A stretch of 64,000 nucleotides of DNA from Candidatus Nanohaloarchaea archaeon (GCA_014297435.1 JACOQA010000004.1:1-64000); one strand, 5' to 3'; numbered from the stretch's first letter, positions 1-9,375 are shown. Program-made: numbers and translations. The notes: a model not told the origin generated them from the sequence alone.

Positions 1-117
1 AATATAGTAGAGACGATGGGTGAAGGCTACGGCAAAAACTACTTTTTGACAGACCAGATGGAGAGTAATATGAACGAAATGGAAAGAATCGCAGACAAAT
101 CGGGTGTGGAACTATGA
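1..117 (+). CDS. C-terminal end of probable winged-helix (ArsR-like) regulator, truncated by window edge
   Basis: Frame 1 open from base 1: NIVETMGEGYGKNYFLTDQMESN...GVEL*; resembles the wing of haloarchaeal wHTH proteins; TGA overlaps next ATG. Confidence 0.55.
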   Translation, partial: NIVETMGEGYGKNYFLTDQMESNMNEMERIADKSGVEL

Positions 118-512
118 ACTCAAATAGAGAGCTTCAATCCATACTTGTAGGAAGCATACTCTTCGGTGTGCTAACTGCAGTTCTTGCGAACAGCACGATG
201 AGCTTTTTCGGTCATAGAAGACTTTTCGAAAATGTGATAATCGCCAAAGTATTCTTCACATCCATCAACATCATCCTGCTCTCCGCACTTTCAATCAACT
301 ACTACAGAATCTACTCAGAAATATCAACCAAAATGGCGAGAAGCCTCACAATATTCAGCCTCGCACTACTCATGTACGCCATAACATCAAGCCCATTATT
401 CCGCGCATTCTTCGGAATAAAAGGAGGACCAGGACTTGGAGTATTCGCCTACATACCAGATCTCTTCGTGACAATAGCATCAGGGATTATACTTTATGAG
501 AGCTATCAGTAA
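114..512 (+). CDS. Small multi-pass membrane protein
   Basis: 132 aa, about 4 hydrophobic segments; ATGA overlap with upstream gene. Confidence 0.75.
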   Translation: MNSNRELQSILVGSILFGVLTAVLANSTMSFFGHRRLFENVIIAKVFFTSINIILLSALSINYYRIYSEISTKMARSLTIFSLALLMYAITSSPLFRAFFGIKGGPGLGVFAYIPDLFVTIASGIILYESYQ

Positions 513-907
513 TCCAATTCTTTCTTTGTTTTCTTGAGAAATCTCTTCGATGCTTTCAAAGCTCGATCTGCATCATCGAGAGAAACTTTCTTGTTCTTGT
601 ATTGAATTGCAGTCTTCTCATCTACAACCCATTTTCTAACAGAGTCGACATTTGACTTGAAGTTATCCGAAATAAGACTATCCTCATACAGTCCTTGAAG
701 AGATCTAGAAGTCTTCGAATGATCGCTGTTCGTATGACCTCTTTTCTCCAACATAAGTGCATCAACCGACTTAATCATTGCCATTATGCAGTTTACAACA
801 ACAGGATTCCAGATCTTGTCATTTTTCTGGAGAATGTTTTCGTAACTGCTTTCAGCGGATTCTATATACTCTTCAGCTTCTTTAATCGAATCATTTACTC
901 TATTCAT
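506..907 (-). CDS. HEPN domain protein (putative toxin)
   Basis: 133 aa all-helical pattern (EAEEYIESAE...AMIKSVDALM..RGHTNSDH...ADRALKASKRFL); overlaps the MNT gene by 8 nt. Confidence 0.75.
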   Translation of the reverse strand: MNRVNDSIKEAEEYIESAESSYENILQKNDKIWNPVVVNCIMAMIKSVDALMLEKRGHTNSDHSKTSRSLQGLYEDSLISDNFKSNVDSVRKWVVDEKTAIQYKNKKVSLDDADRALKASKRFLKKTKKELDY

Positions 908-1526
908 AAAACAAGTCCTCCAGTTCTTTCCCCCTCAGTGCTTTTCCATCTCTAATCACACCAGACTCAAATCTGTCCTTTGATTTTAGATTTCTTTCAA
1001 ATTCAGACACTGTTTCTACTACTGGCACTATTTCTGTTTCTTCACCAGAATGTTTCTTCGCCAAATCTAGAGCTTTAGACTTTACTTTTTCTTTGTCTTT
1101 CCCATCCTTGATCAAAACTAGAATATCGATATCTGAATTTGAATCTGCTGTCCCTCTTGCAACACTGCCAAACAAAACTATAGATTCAATCTCTTCCTTA
1201 TGTGTAGAATTTTCAAATAGTCCGATTGCGAACAGAACTCCTTTTTCCCACAGATCTGAGATGTCTCCTTTCAACATTTCGCGAACTGCATCATCGTACC
1301 TTGAATGTGGGTTATATTCTATAAGATATGAACCTGCCTTTTTTCTAAACTTCACTAAACCAAGGTCTGACAGCTCTTCAAGGAATTTCTTGACAGAAGG
1401 ATTGGACCCAGATGTTTTCTCCGCGATTTCATTAATGCTGAAAAAATCGCCGGGATTGTCCTTTAACAACTTCAGTACTTCTCTCTTGTACTCTCCACCT
1501 AATAGGTCAGCGAATTTTTCGGCCAT
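900..1526 (-). CDS. wHTH-minimal nucleotidyltransferase (MNT) fusion, putative antitoxin
   Basis: N-terminal HTH (FSINEIAEKTSGSNPSVKKFLEEL) plus GS-X10-DXD motif (LFGSVARGTADSNSDIDIL). Confidence 0.85.
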   Translation of the reverse strand: MAEKFADLLGGEYKREVLKLLKDNPGDFFSINEIAEKTSGSNPSVKKFLEELSDLGLVKFRKKAGSYLIEYNPHSRYDDAVREMLKGDISDLWEKGVLFAIGLFENSTHKEEIESIVLFGSVARGTADSNSDIDILVLIKDGKDKEKVKSKALDLAKKHSGEETEIVPVVETVSEFERNLKSKDRFESGVIRDGKALRGKELEDLFYE

Positions 1527-1540
1527 GTAGCCATTATTTG

Positions 1541-1613
1541 AAGCAAAGTTTAAATGTTTAAAGTTTTCTTTAAATGCTTAAAGAATTCTTTAATTGTTTA
1601 AACTTTTCTTTAA
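1541..1613. promoter_or_regulatory. Tandem 20-bp repeat (about 3.5 units), each with palindrome STTTAA-N4-TTAAAS; probable operator array
   Basis: GTTTAAATGTTTAAAG 1548-1563, CTTTAAATGCTTAAAG 1568-1583, CTTTAATTGTTTAAAC 1588-1603, half site CTTTAA 1608-1613, directly upstream of the HTH-MNT start. Confidence 0.7.
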
Positions 1614-1678
1614 GATCTGGATGAATTTGGGTCTAAGTTTGGAATACGCTGTTTAAAGGGAGTCGAGAAGCTCTGTGT

Positions 1679-2758
1679 ATGAAAGAAAGTTATATCCATA
1701 GGTTGAAGGATGAGTCTACTAAAATCGTTTTAGCAGCTTTTTTCCTTACGGCGATGTCTGTGGCAGCTTTTACAGCGTTCCAGACATCAGGGGGTTCTGG
1801 CAGTGAGCTGCAAGAGGTTTTCTATACTGGCGGTGAAGGACCTCAGGAGCGTGCTGAGATATATCAGTACAGTAATTCGGAAGAAGGAGAGCCCGTTGTG
1901 ATGGTTCCGGGTCTCGGTCTCGATGAATATATCTACACGGATACCCCTGACGGCAGAGATGGCTGGGCTCAGATATTCGATGAGAACGGCTACAATTCGT
2001 ATGTCTACAACCCTCCGAACATCGTTGACTCGAATGAAACTGTGAATGATTCCATGAGTACATCCCAATGGAGTCTTGGTCGTGCATGGAGCAAGTGGGG
2101 CTTCGGACCTCAGCAGGGAGAAGCATATGAGGATAGCAAGTATCCTGTCGCTCAGATTCAAGATCTCGAAAATAACTTCCCGCAGTATACCAGCGGTATG
2201 TCTGGCGGAAGTAAATCGGGCAGCAGCCAAGCAGATAGAACTGGTAGTCAAAGAGGCGGACAGTTTGATGGAAATCTCTCAGATCAGAAAGGAGGTCAAC
2301 AATCGAGTAGAAGCGGTCAAGGTTCAGCTCAAGGAGGCAGCAGATTTGGCTCTCAAGCCTCGACAGAAGCACTTATCGACCTGCTTGAAAGAACAGGTCC
2401 TGCAACCGTTATCGTCCACTCGGCAGAAGGAGCTACAGGTTTTGAAGTAGCACGGCAGAGACCTGACCTGATCGAGACCCTGGTCGCTGTCGAACCAGTC
2501 GGATGTCCGGAGACTCAGAGCCAGGTGTTCAACGACACGGAGTTCGTCGCGGTCTACGGCGACTACGTCCAGGATAGAGGTCAGACAGGAAGAAAACAAG
2601 CCTGTGAGACAACTGTTGAAATGGTCAACCAAAATGGTGGAACTGCAGAGATGGTCTCGTTACCTGATATGGGCGTAAAAGGCAACTCTCATCTCTTGAT
2701 GCAGGGAGAGAACAACGAAGAGATTGGTGAGATTATAATGGACAGATTAGAGGGTTAA
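1679..2758 (+). CDS. Membrane-anchored/secreted alpha/beta-hydrolase fold protein
   Basis: N-terminal TM helix; PVVMVPG, TPDGRDGW, VHSAEG nucleophile elbow, AVEP, GNSHLLM catalytic His; G/S/Q-rich insert. Confidence 0.75.
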   Translation: MKESYIHRLKDESTKIVLAAFFLTAMSVAAFTAFQTSGGSGSELQEVFYTGGEGPQERAEIYQYSNSEEGEPVVMVPGLGLDEYIYTDTPDGRDGWAQIFDENGYNSYVYNPPNIVDSNETVNDSMSTSQWSLGRAWSKWGFGPQQGEAYEDSKYPVAQIQDLENNFPQYTSGMSGGSKSGSSQADRTGSQRGGQFDGNLSDQKGGQQSSRSGQGSAQGGSRFGSQASTEALIDLLERTGPATVIVHSAEGATGFEVARQRPDLIETLVAVEPVGCPETQSQVFNDTEFVAVYGDYVQDRGQTGRKQACETTVEMVNQNGGTAEMVSLPDMGVKGNSHLLMQGENNEEIGEIIMDRLEG

Positions 2759-2810
2759 TTTTTCCTCTAACTTTCTTCTTAATTATCTTCGGACATATTT
2801 TTACCAAAAT

Positions 2811-3098
2811 TGGGTGGTTTAACTCAGTCGCCATCACTCAGAAAGGAGCTTCCCGTCGTTGTGTTCAGAGCTCTCTTATAGAATCCCTTTTAAGGGAAAG
2901 AGATGCCTGGTGTAAATCCAGTCTAATTCGAGAAAGTAGTCCGCTCAGCGCCCGAAGAAACGAAGCAGTATTTTCCGCCCTGACCTCACTATTCGTTTGA
3001 GTGACCGGAGATCAGGTGGTTGATTCGGTTCCAGAAATTACGGATTAGACAGACGATTTATTTCTCGCCCAAGCATAAGCTGTCCAAGTAACCATCTA
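2811..3098 (+). ncRNA. Candidate ~290-nt structured non-coding RNA, family unassigned
   Basis: Terminal helix TGGGTGGTT/AACCATCTA, internal helices GTCTAATTCG/CGGATTAGAC and CCGCCCTGA/TCAGGTGG, several hairpins; G-U pairs favour the + strand; TATA-like CTTAATTA at 2778; no ORF in the track. Confidence 0.6.
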
Positions 3099-3145
3099 CA
3101 AACCGTAAATTTATATATTTGCCACATTAAAGTAACAAATAAGGT

Positions 3146-4414
3146 ATGAGTTCTTCCCTAATCGTTCCGGCATACAACGAGGAAGAAATTATCGAGAACA
3201 CTCTAGACCATCTAAACGATCTAGAGCCATATTTTGAAGAAATTTATCTGATGGACGACGCCTCCATCGATTCCACACAACAGAGAATAGAAGAGTACCT
3301 GAAAGAAAACGACACAGATGTCAAAGTAGCTTACATGATGGAAAACGGAGACAAAGTAGGAGCGATTCGGGAAGCTGTAAGACACACAGACTCAGAGAAT
3401 GTAGTGCTAACTGACTCGGACACCGAACTTTCCAATCCGGAGAAGCTTGAAGATGCAGAAACTTACCTGGATGAAAATAAGCTTGAAGGCTTAGCTTTCA
3501 AGATTGTACCCGACTGTTCTTCTGAAAACCTTAAAGATAGGATATGGACCAGACTTCAGGACTTTGAGTACGCGATGACCCGTTCCTTTGCTGACTACAC
3601 GACCGGCGAGAGTTTTAGACTTGATCCTGACCACAAAAAGGTAAAGGTAGTTCCCGGAGCCGGTGGAATGTACAAAACTGAAGAACTTCAGGAGGCTTTG
3701 GATAATCATAGCGGCAAGCATGCCGGAGACGACATCGAGACAACATCTTACGTACAGCTAATACAGGACGGTGCTATCGATCACTTCGACGATATCGTAA
3801 TGAAAACAAAAGCCCCAATTTCTTACGAGGAGTTGAACGCACAGAGAAAAAGGTGGATGAAAGGCGGATTCCAGGCATTCCAAGAACAACCGCTAGAACA
3901 TCTTAAAGAAACTCTTTCAGGTTCAAGATATGGTCAGGTTATGGCAACCGAAACCGCCGCAGCAGCAACAGCACCCCTACTTCTAGGAAAAGCAGGTTTT
4001 GAAGCATCTCAAGGTGATTTCGCGGGCATGGCTGATTCACTTGAGCATCTAGCCTATGTACAGGTAGGTATGACAGCAGTTCTAGGAAGCCACGCAATAT
4101 CTAAAGACGACTTTGTTGATAAGAAAACTATTCCTGCCGGAGCAGCAATGCCTCTTTACAAACCTGCTGTAGTAATTCCCTCGCTTGTACAGGCGGAAAA
4201 AGAGGTTGTTACCGAAGAGGTTTCAGAAGCGAAGGAAGGATTTTTCCAAGGTATAGAGGAAGGCAACAGCGAATACAGTCGTATAAGAGAGCTAGGAAGG
4301 GCGTTTGAGAGGTCCAGACAGAAAGCAAGGGAAATATTCAGCTTTGGAGAGGAAGACGAAACGGAAGCCTTGTTGGAGGAAGACAGCCACTCAGAAGCCG
4401 TGGCGGCAGACTGA
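3146..4414 (+). CDS. Glycosyltransferase family 2, processive (PgaC/cellulose-synthase-like)
   Basis: IVPAYNEE, DDASID, DSD (DxD), PGAGG, GDD and QRKRW (QxxRW) motifs. Confidence 0.85.
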   Translation: MSSSLIVPAYNEEEIIENTLDHLNDLEPYFEEIYLMDDASIDSTQQRIEEYLKENDTDVKVAYMMENGDKVGAIREAVRHTDSENVVLTDSDTELSNPEKLEDAETYLDENKLEGLAFKIVPDCSSENLKDRIWTRLQDFEYAMTRSFADYTTGESFRLDPDHKKVKVVPGAGGMYKTEELQEALDNHSGKHAGDDIETTSYVQLIQDGAIDHFDDIVMKTKAPISYEELNAQRKRWMKGGFQAFQEQPLEHLKETLSGSRYGQVMATETAAAATAPLLLGKAGFEASQGDFAGMADSLEHLAYVQVGMTAVLGSHAISKDDFVDKKTIPAGAAMPLYKPAVVIPSLVQAEKEVVTEEVSEAKEGFFQGIEEGNSEYSRIRELGRAFERSRQKAREIFSFGEEDETEALLEEDSHSEAVAAD

Positions 4415-4486
4415 ATTTAAGCTGGTTCGAATTACCACTCAATTTTTTCAGTTAAAATAAAAGCAACCAGAGAAAAAAAGTAATTT

Positions 4487-4996
4487 ATGATCCGTGAGTA
4501 CGCACCTATCGGGTTGATTCCAGCAGCGTGGTTGATGACATTAGCGACGCTTGTATACCCGAAGATAAGTACTTACTGGATTGAGCATATGCACTACTTC
4601 ATGATAGCTTTTCTCGGAGGTTTCACGCTTTTTTCCTGGAGACAGATGGACTCCGACCCTGTTTTGAAGATTTGGAGAAACGTGATTGCAGGAGGACTGT
4701 TTTTCACTTTAATAGGAGCTCTCAGTTTCATGAATCTTCCTTACACAGGTTTAATGTCGTGGGCTTCGATAGGATACTGGTTTTTAGCTCCATCAACAGC
4801 CCTATACCTTTCAGCGGAAGAAATGGATAGATATTCTCAGCTCTACAACCAGCTTTCCTTCGTTTCAGTCGCTGGTGTCGCGGTTTTCGTTACAGGTATC
4901 CTCCTAAGTTCTGATCCTGCAATAGCAGTTGGGATAGTAGGGATAGCGGCGGCACAGACTGTGAGTATAGTTGCTGCAGCAGACTTAGACAGCTGA
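4487..4996 (+). CDS. Multi-pass membrane protein
   Basis: 169 aa, about 6 TM segments. Confidence 0.8.
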   Translation: MIREYAPIGLIPAAWLMTLATLVYPKISTYWIEHMHYFMIAFLGGFTLFSWRQMDSDPVLKIWRNVIAGGLFFTLIGALSFMNLPYTGLMSWASIGYWFLAPSTALYLSAEEMDRYSQLYNQLSFVSVAGVAVFVTGILLSSDPAIAVGIVGIAAAQTVSIVAAADLDS

Positions 4997-5296
4997 ATGT
5001 ATGAGGAAATCGATGATATTAGGAGTTAATTCTCCTCTATAGAGGATCAAGCCATAATACCGGAGGAAGAAATTCTTGGTCAATCCTACCACATTTTCCC
5101 TCTATCAAGTAGAGTGATTGATCAGTGGACAGAGATTTACGTGCAGGCTGATGAAGACCCGAGCGATCTTAAAGCACTTGAAACAGCAAGAGAAACGCCT
5201 AAAGAGCATGAAACCTCATGCTTGAGTTGGTGAGAACGCCTTCTGAAAAATCCTTATATTGAATCATTTGAAGAGAAAATAATTGAACGAGTTTAG
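4997..5296 (+). pseudogene. Possible degraded gene remnant
   Basis: One frame from ATG 4997 to TAG 5294-5296 reads as acidic protein-like sequence interrupted by in-frame TAA and TGA. Confidence 0.3.
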
Positions 5297-5314
5297 ACAG
5301 ACAACTTACTAAAC

Positions 5315-5806
5315 TTAGATATCGTCCATCAAGTCATCTTTCTTCTCCTCAAACTCTTCTTCCGTGATAACTCCTTCATCCTTCAGATCTTTCAGTTTCT
5401 CGAGCTTGTCAAATTCATCCTCTCCATCTTTGTGTTGAGACTCTTCGTTGTCGGAGACCTGTTGCTTCATCTTGTTTTCAACGTCTACGGATACGTCTGT
5501 GACTGCGTCCCTTGGACCGCTCGAACCGGCAAGTGTCATAACCTTCCATGTTTTGGTCATCGCCCATGCCCCAACAGGAAGGAACAGTATTGTTAGCATC
5601 AAAGCAAGGCTTAAACTGAACCATATTATTCCAAGCCACCAACCTATGAAGAGGAACCAGATTAGCCTGACGACGGGATTTGTCTTAGATCTTCCGTTTC
5701 CTCCGGATAGAAGCATTACGAAACCGAAGAAACCTAGTAAAGCGATTAGAGGAAGAATAATATTTCCAAAACCTGTTGACCCTGCACTCATAGCCATCGC
5801 CAGCAT
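5315..5806 (-). CDS. YccF-like membrane protein with C-terminal SHOCT domain
   Basis: RLIWFLFIGWWLG...LTILFLPVG (YccF-like); DKLEKLKDLKDEGVITEEEFEEKKDDLM (SHOCT). Confidence 0.8.
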   Translation of the reverse strand: MLAMAMSAGSTGFGNIILPLIALLGFFGFVMLLSGGNGRSKTNPVVRLIWFLFIGWWLGIIWFSLSLALMLTILFLPVGAWAMTKTWKVMTLAGSSGPRDAVTDVSVDVENKMKQQVSDNEESQHKDGEDEFDKLEKLKDLKDEGVITEEEFEEKKDDLMDDI

Positions 5807-5868
5807 ATCAAACCCTTTCTCATATACAGTTTAAAACATGTTCTCTGGAAAACCCGGAAAAAAGGATT

Positions 5869-7464
5869 TTAGAAGATGTCGAGGATCTTCTCGACCAGTC
5901 CAGGACTTTTGTAGAACTGTGCTGTAGGTCCTTGAGGTTTCTCACCTGATTTCGCAAACTCTTCTGCATCCTTGTAAAGCTGGTTTGCTTCCTCAGGACT
6001 GAAATCGCTGCTGTAATCTTCAAGCCTAGTCAGGTACTCCCTAAACCTTTCAGTCTCTTCCTGTCCAAGACTATCGGGAACTACGTTCGAAGCAACCTCT
6101 TTAGGCTCTTCCCATTCGGAGGCTTTCTCAACAAGTTCGCGTGCCTCACCGAGCTCAAGACTTTGCTTTACCTCGGCATCCATATCTTCCCACTTAATTT
6201 CCTCAACCTTCGATTCAACAAAACTCTCTACATTGCTAAGAGATTCACTGTTCTTAGCTTCATCAACAATTTTGTTGAGGAAGTCCGCTTTCTGGGCTTC
6301 CGTAAGCTGTTTTGCCAAGTCGCTTTCCTCGTTGACAACCTCCTTCATGAATTCTTGGGCTCTTCTAGCCTCTTTCTCGTTTACAGCTCCATCGAGGTAC
6401 TGTTTCTCGAGGTAGTCGACGCCACCTCTAAAGAAATCGACATCTTCTTCATCCTCTATCTCATCGACCATGTTGCTGCCGAAAACTTTGCCAAGCTCTG
6501 CCGAAAATTCGGCTTCCTTCATGATCCGTGAGTAAAGCTCTTTTGCCTCTTCATCAGTAAGTTCATCTCCGTATTCAGAGGAGATTTCCTTTGCTTTCTG
6601 GTAGAGTCGTTTTGCTCTCTCCTCATCGATGTAATCCGTATTTATTAGCTGTTTGAAACTTGTCTGAGAATCTATCTGTTCTATAAGCCTGTTTGCTCTT
6701 GACTCGGTCATTTCTCCGAAGTCATGTGTAATTGTCTGGACGTCTCTCGCTATTTCTCTTGCTTCATCGCTCTCTGCAAATCTTTCAACTGCATCACCCG
6801 CATCCTGAACTGAGTCAAATGCCGAGCTGTAAATTCGCTGCATCTCATCACTGTTCAACCGCTCCCAGCTTTCAACTCCTAGTTCTTCCGCTTTCTGCAC
6901 AGCATTCCTGTAAAATCTTTTAGCTTCTTTGTCTGTCAACTCGGAGTAAGTTTCCTTTGTAGCGTATTCAGTTCCCTCAACAACCCCGTTATAGAACTCT
7001 TGAGCTTCTTTGCTTGTAACTGCTTCATAACCTTCCTCACCAAGCTGTTTGGAGTCTTCAACGACGTTAGAGTAGAATTCTTGTGCATGCTCATCTGTCG
7101 CCTCCTTTACAACCTCCGAACCGAACTCGTCGGCTCGCTCCATACTGTTTTCGTAAAACTGTTGAGCCTGTTCATCTGTCGCTTCTTGATAAGCTTCTTC
7201 TCCGGTTTCCTGAACCGCTTCAGCACCGTCCTCTATAGCTTTACCGGTAATTCTGCCAGCGCTTTCAGCAGCATCCCGGAACTCATCCCGATTCTGTTCT
7301 ATAGTTTCACCCGCGCTCTCAACTGCATCGCCTACACTTCCTGCAGCATCATCTATGGCTCCCCCTATACCTCCTCCGCCTCCCAAACTAAAAGCTGTAG
7401 AGGTTGAAACTGAAAGGGTTATGGTTACGAGCAAAACCATGAACTTGGTAGTACGGTTCATCAT
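5869..7464 (-). CDS. Secreted acidic helical-repeat protein
   Basis: Signal peptide, Gly linker, at least five 27-aa repeats (GEEAYQEATDEQAQQFYENSMERADEF-like). Confidence 0.8.
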   Translation of the reverse strand: MMNRTTKFMVLLVTITLSVSTSTAFSLGGGGGIGGAIDDAAGSVGDAVESAGETIEQNRDEFRDAAESAGRITGKAIEDGAEAVQETGEEAYQEATDEQAQQFYENSMERADEFGSEVVKEATDEHAQEFYSNVVEDSKQLGEEGYEAVTSKEAQEFYNGVVEGTEYATKETYSELTDKEAKRFYRNAVQKAEELGVESWERLNSDEMQRIYSSAFDSVQDAGDAVERFAESDEAREIARDVQTITHDFGEMTESRANRLIEQIDSQTSFKQLINTDYIDEERAKRLYQKAKEISSEYGDELTDEEAKELYSRIMKEAEFSAELGKVFGSNMVDEIEDEEDVDFFRGGVDYLEKQYLDGAVNEKEARRAQEFMKEVVNEESDLAKQLTEAQKADFLNKIVDEAKNSESLSNVESFVESKVEEIKWEDMDAEVKQSLELGEARELVEKASEWEEPKEVASNVVPDSLGQEETERFREYLTRLEDYSSDFSPEEANQLYKDAEEFAKSGEKPQGPTAQFYKSPGLVEKILDIF

Positions 7465-7615
7465 GATTAAGCAGCTTTATCTCAAATTTGAAAAACGTTT
7501 CTCGAACTTAGACGTCTTATCTCGAGCAGAAAAATTGATTTACAGTCTTGAAAGGCAGGTTTATCCACGGATTTAAACGTTAGAGTCTCGAATAATATTT
7601 ATCGGCGATCAAACC

Positions 7616-7969
7616 ATGGAGCAAGAGACAGTAAGAAAAGCTGTAGTGAAGGCCAAAGACACACATTCCAGAAGTTTCAACCACTTGACCGACAATTTCC
7701 ACGTTATAATGTCCGCATTAAGATATTACAGCGTTAAGAAAGGGAAGACCTTCACCTCGAACGAGATGGCTGAAGACTTTCCAGTATCAATTCCTGTGGC
7801 CGGTTCCTGTCTAAGTCTTCTAGAAGAGCTGGACGTTGTGAAGCCAAGAACCCGTTCGAGCTCTCCCGACCGCTATATGCCACGCGACACAGACATGGAA
7901 AGAATGATGGAAGTCAAAGAAATTCTAGAGAAGAACTATGAGATCGAAAACTTCATGCCCGACAACTAA
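7616..7969 (+). CDS. Hypothetical protein, probable winged-helix
   Basis: FTSNEMAEDFPVSIPVAGSCLSLLEELDVV fits an HTH pattern. Confidence 0.65.
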   Translation: MEQETVRKAVVKAKDTHSRSFNHLTDNFHVIMSALRYYSVKKGKTFTSNEMAEDFPVSIPVAGSCLSLLEELDVVKPRTRSSSPDRYMPRDTDMERMMEVKEILEKNYEIENFMPDN

Positions 7970-8002
7970 TACAAAAACACGTTTCCACAAAACGAATACT
8001 GT

Positions 8003-8233
8003 ATGAATCGAAAACATGTGGAGAGATTTCTGGAGTTTGTGGTTATCGGTGTTATTTTTGGAACTGCGGAAGATCTTCTTGCTGTAACACTGGCGAGCGA
8101 CGCAAAAATCAACTTAGAGGTTATAGGTATTGTGCTTGCCGTCTCGATACCTTTCGCAGCGTTCTCAGAGCTGTGGGTTGACAGGGAAGAGTTCGCTTTC
8201 TACGTCTGGCTTAGAGAAAAAAGTATTCTCTAG
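8003..8233 (+). CDS. Small membrane protein
   Basis: 76 aa, two TM helices. Confidence 0.7.
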   Translation: MNRKHVERFLEFVVIGVIFGTAEDLLAVTLASDAKINLEVIGIVLAVSIPFAAFSELWVDREEFAFYVWLREKSIL

Positions 8234-9150
8234 TTCGGACCGGATGGACGGTCAGGACGTTCTGGCCTTTCAATCCCCTCACTTTCCTCCCCACTGCTTT
8301 CGCTCTCCTGTGTTTCACGTTGCTCATTCTCTGTTTCCCCTTCGGATACGTCGGCATCTTCCGAACTAGAGTCTTCGTTTTCCAGGTCTTCAGGGCTCCC
8401 ATTCTCTTCTACAGTGGTTCCATAAGGCGTACCCGAATCAGAGTTGTTTGAGGAACTATTTCCGGTTGTTTCCGGCGGAGTTTCTTCTGACTGGTTTGTT
8501 GTACTGTTTTGAGGCGGGTTTTCAGAAGTGGTTGTCGAGTTTTCAGTCCTGTTCCGGTTTTCAGGCTCTTGTCCTGTTTCTGAGCTGTCAGTTTGATTGT
8601 TAGTTGAGTTAGCCGAGTTGTTCCTTGAAGTGTTTCGGTCTTCCTCCTGATCTGACGTGTTTTCTGGTTCCGTGTTATTTCTCTCTTCAGTTTGTGTTTC
8701 TGTGTCTTGTTCTGTGTCTTGTTCGTTTTCAGACTCCGTTGATTCATTTGTCTCGTCTGAACTGTTCGAGGTCTGGTAGTTTCCGCGAGGTGGCGCAGGA
8801 CTGTAGAAACCGGGATAAGTCGGTTCTGTAGCTCTGTCTTCAGGAACCGGCTCACTATACTCCTGGCGGTCTTCGGACGTGTTAGGACTATAAACATCAG
8901 GCGAGCTTCCAACATTTCTCTCCCTCGGATATTCGGGTTCAGTCGTGAAGTTCTGTGGTTGGTAGGTTTCAGACTCTATATCTGTTGAGGGTTCCGGTTG
9001 TTGTTCCGTCTCTGTCGAGACTTCTTCCTCTATGAAAGGGTTTGAGTCGGCTCCTGAGGCATTACCCATTATCCCTATTAGAAATATTATGCTAAGTCCA
9101 AGCTGGATGAGTTCTTTCGACTCCGGAACATCTATATTTTGAGTATCCAT
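8230..9150 (-). CDS. Membrane-anchored low-complexity (E/S/T/N/P/Q) surface protein
   Basis: N-terminal TM followed by a disordered acidic region with many N-x-S/T sequons. Confidence 0.75.
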   Translation of the reverse strand: MDTQNIDVPESKELIQLGLSIIFLIGIMGNASGADSNPFIEEEVSTETEQQPEPSTDIESETYQPQNFTTEPEYPRERNVGSSPDVYSPNTSEDRQEYSEPVPEDRATEPTYPGFYSPAPPRGNYQTSNSSDETNESTESENEQDTEQDTETQTEERNNTEPENTSDQEEDRNTSRNNSANSTNNQTDSSETGQEPENRNRTENSTTTSENPPQNSTTNQSEETPPETTGNSSSNNSDSGTPYGTTVEENGSPEDLENEDSSSEDADVSEGETENEQRETQESESSGEESEGIERPERPDRPSGPN

Positions 9151-9240
9151 ACTCGGAGGTTTCTGCTTCAGGCAACTTCAACATTATTCCGATCTATATC
9201 CACGGTTAAGGTAGAAAATAAAGGTTAAATGATTGCGGTG

Positions 9241-9375
9241 TTATGCCGATACCGATGTCTCGGATATACAGCTGTGGTGGCAGTATCCATCAGATGACTC
9301 GATAAAGGTCTCGTCAGAAAATACTCTATCACCGCAGATCACGCAGAAACCCAGTTTTTTGCGTAGTTGTTCCAT
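9241..9375 (-). CDS. 44-aa zinc-finger microprotein (not in ORF track)
   Basis: MEQLRKKLGFCVICGDRVFSDETFIESSDGYCHHSCISETSVSA*; CxxC...HxxC; strong SD GGGGGGAG upstream. Confidence 0.75.
   Translation of the reverse strand: MEQLRKKLGFCVICGDRVFSDETFIESSDGYCHHSCISETSVSA

Noticed and set aside
1541-1613. CRISPR or replication-origin interpretation of the 20-bp repeats
   Set aside because: Units are contiguous with no spacers; no ORB G-string and no adjacent orc1/cdc6
2861-2946. Group I intron R/S-like words GTTCAGAG and AAAGTAGTCC
   Set aside because: No GACTA partner to form P7 and no interrupted host gene
3066-3073. CGCCCAAG in the orphan RNA is complementary to CTTGGGCG of array hairpin 3
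   Set aside because: An 8-nt match is expected by chance in a 64-kb window; no independent support
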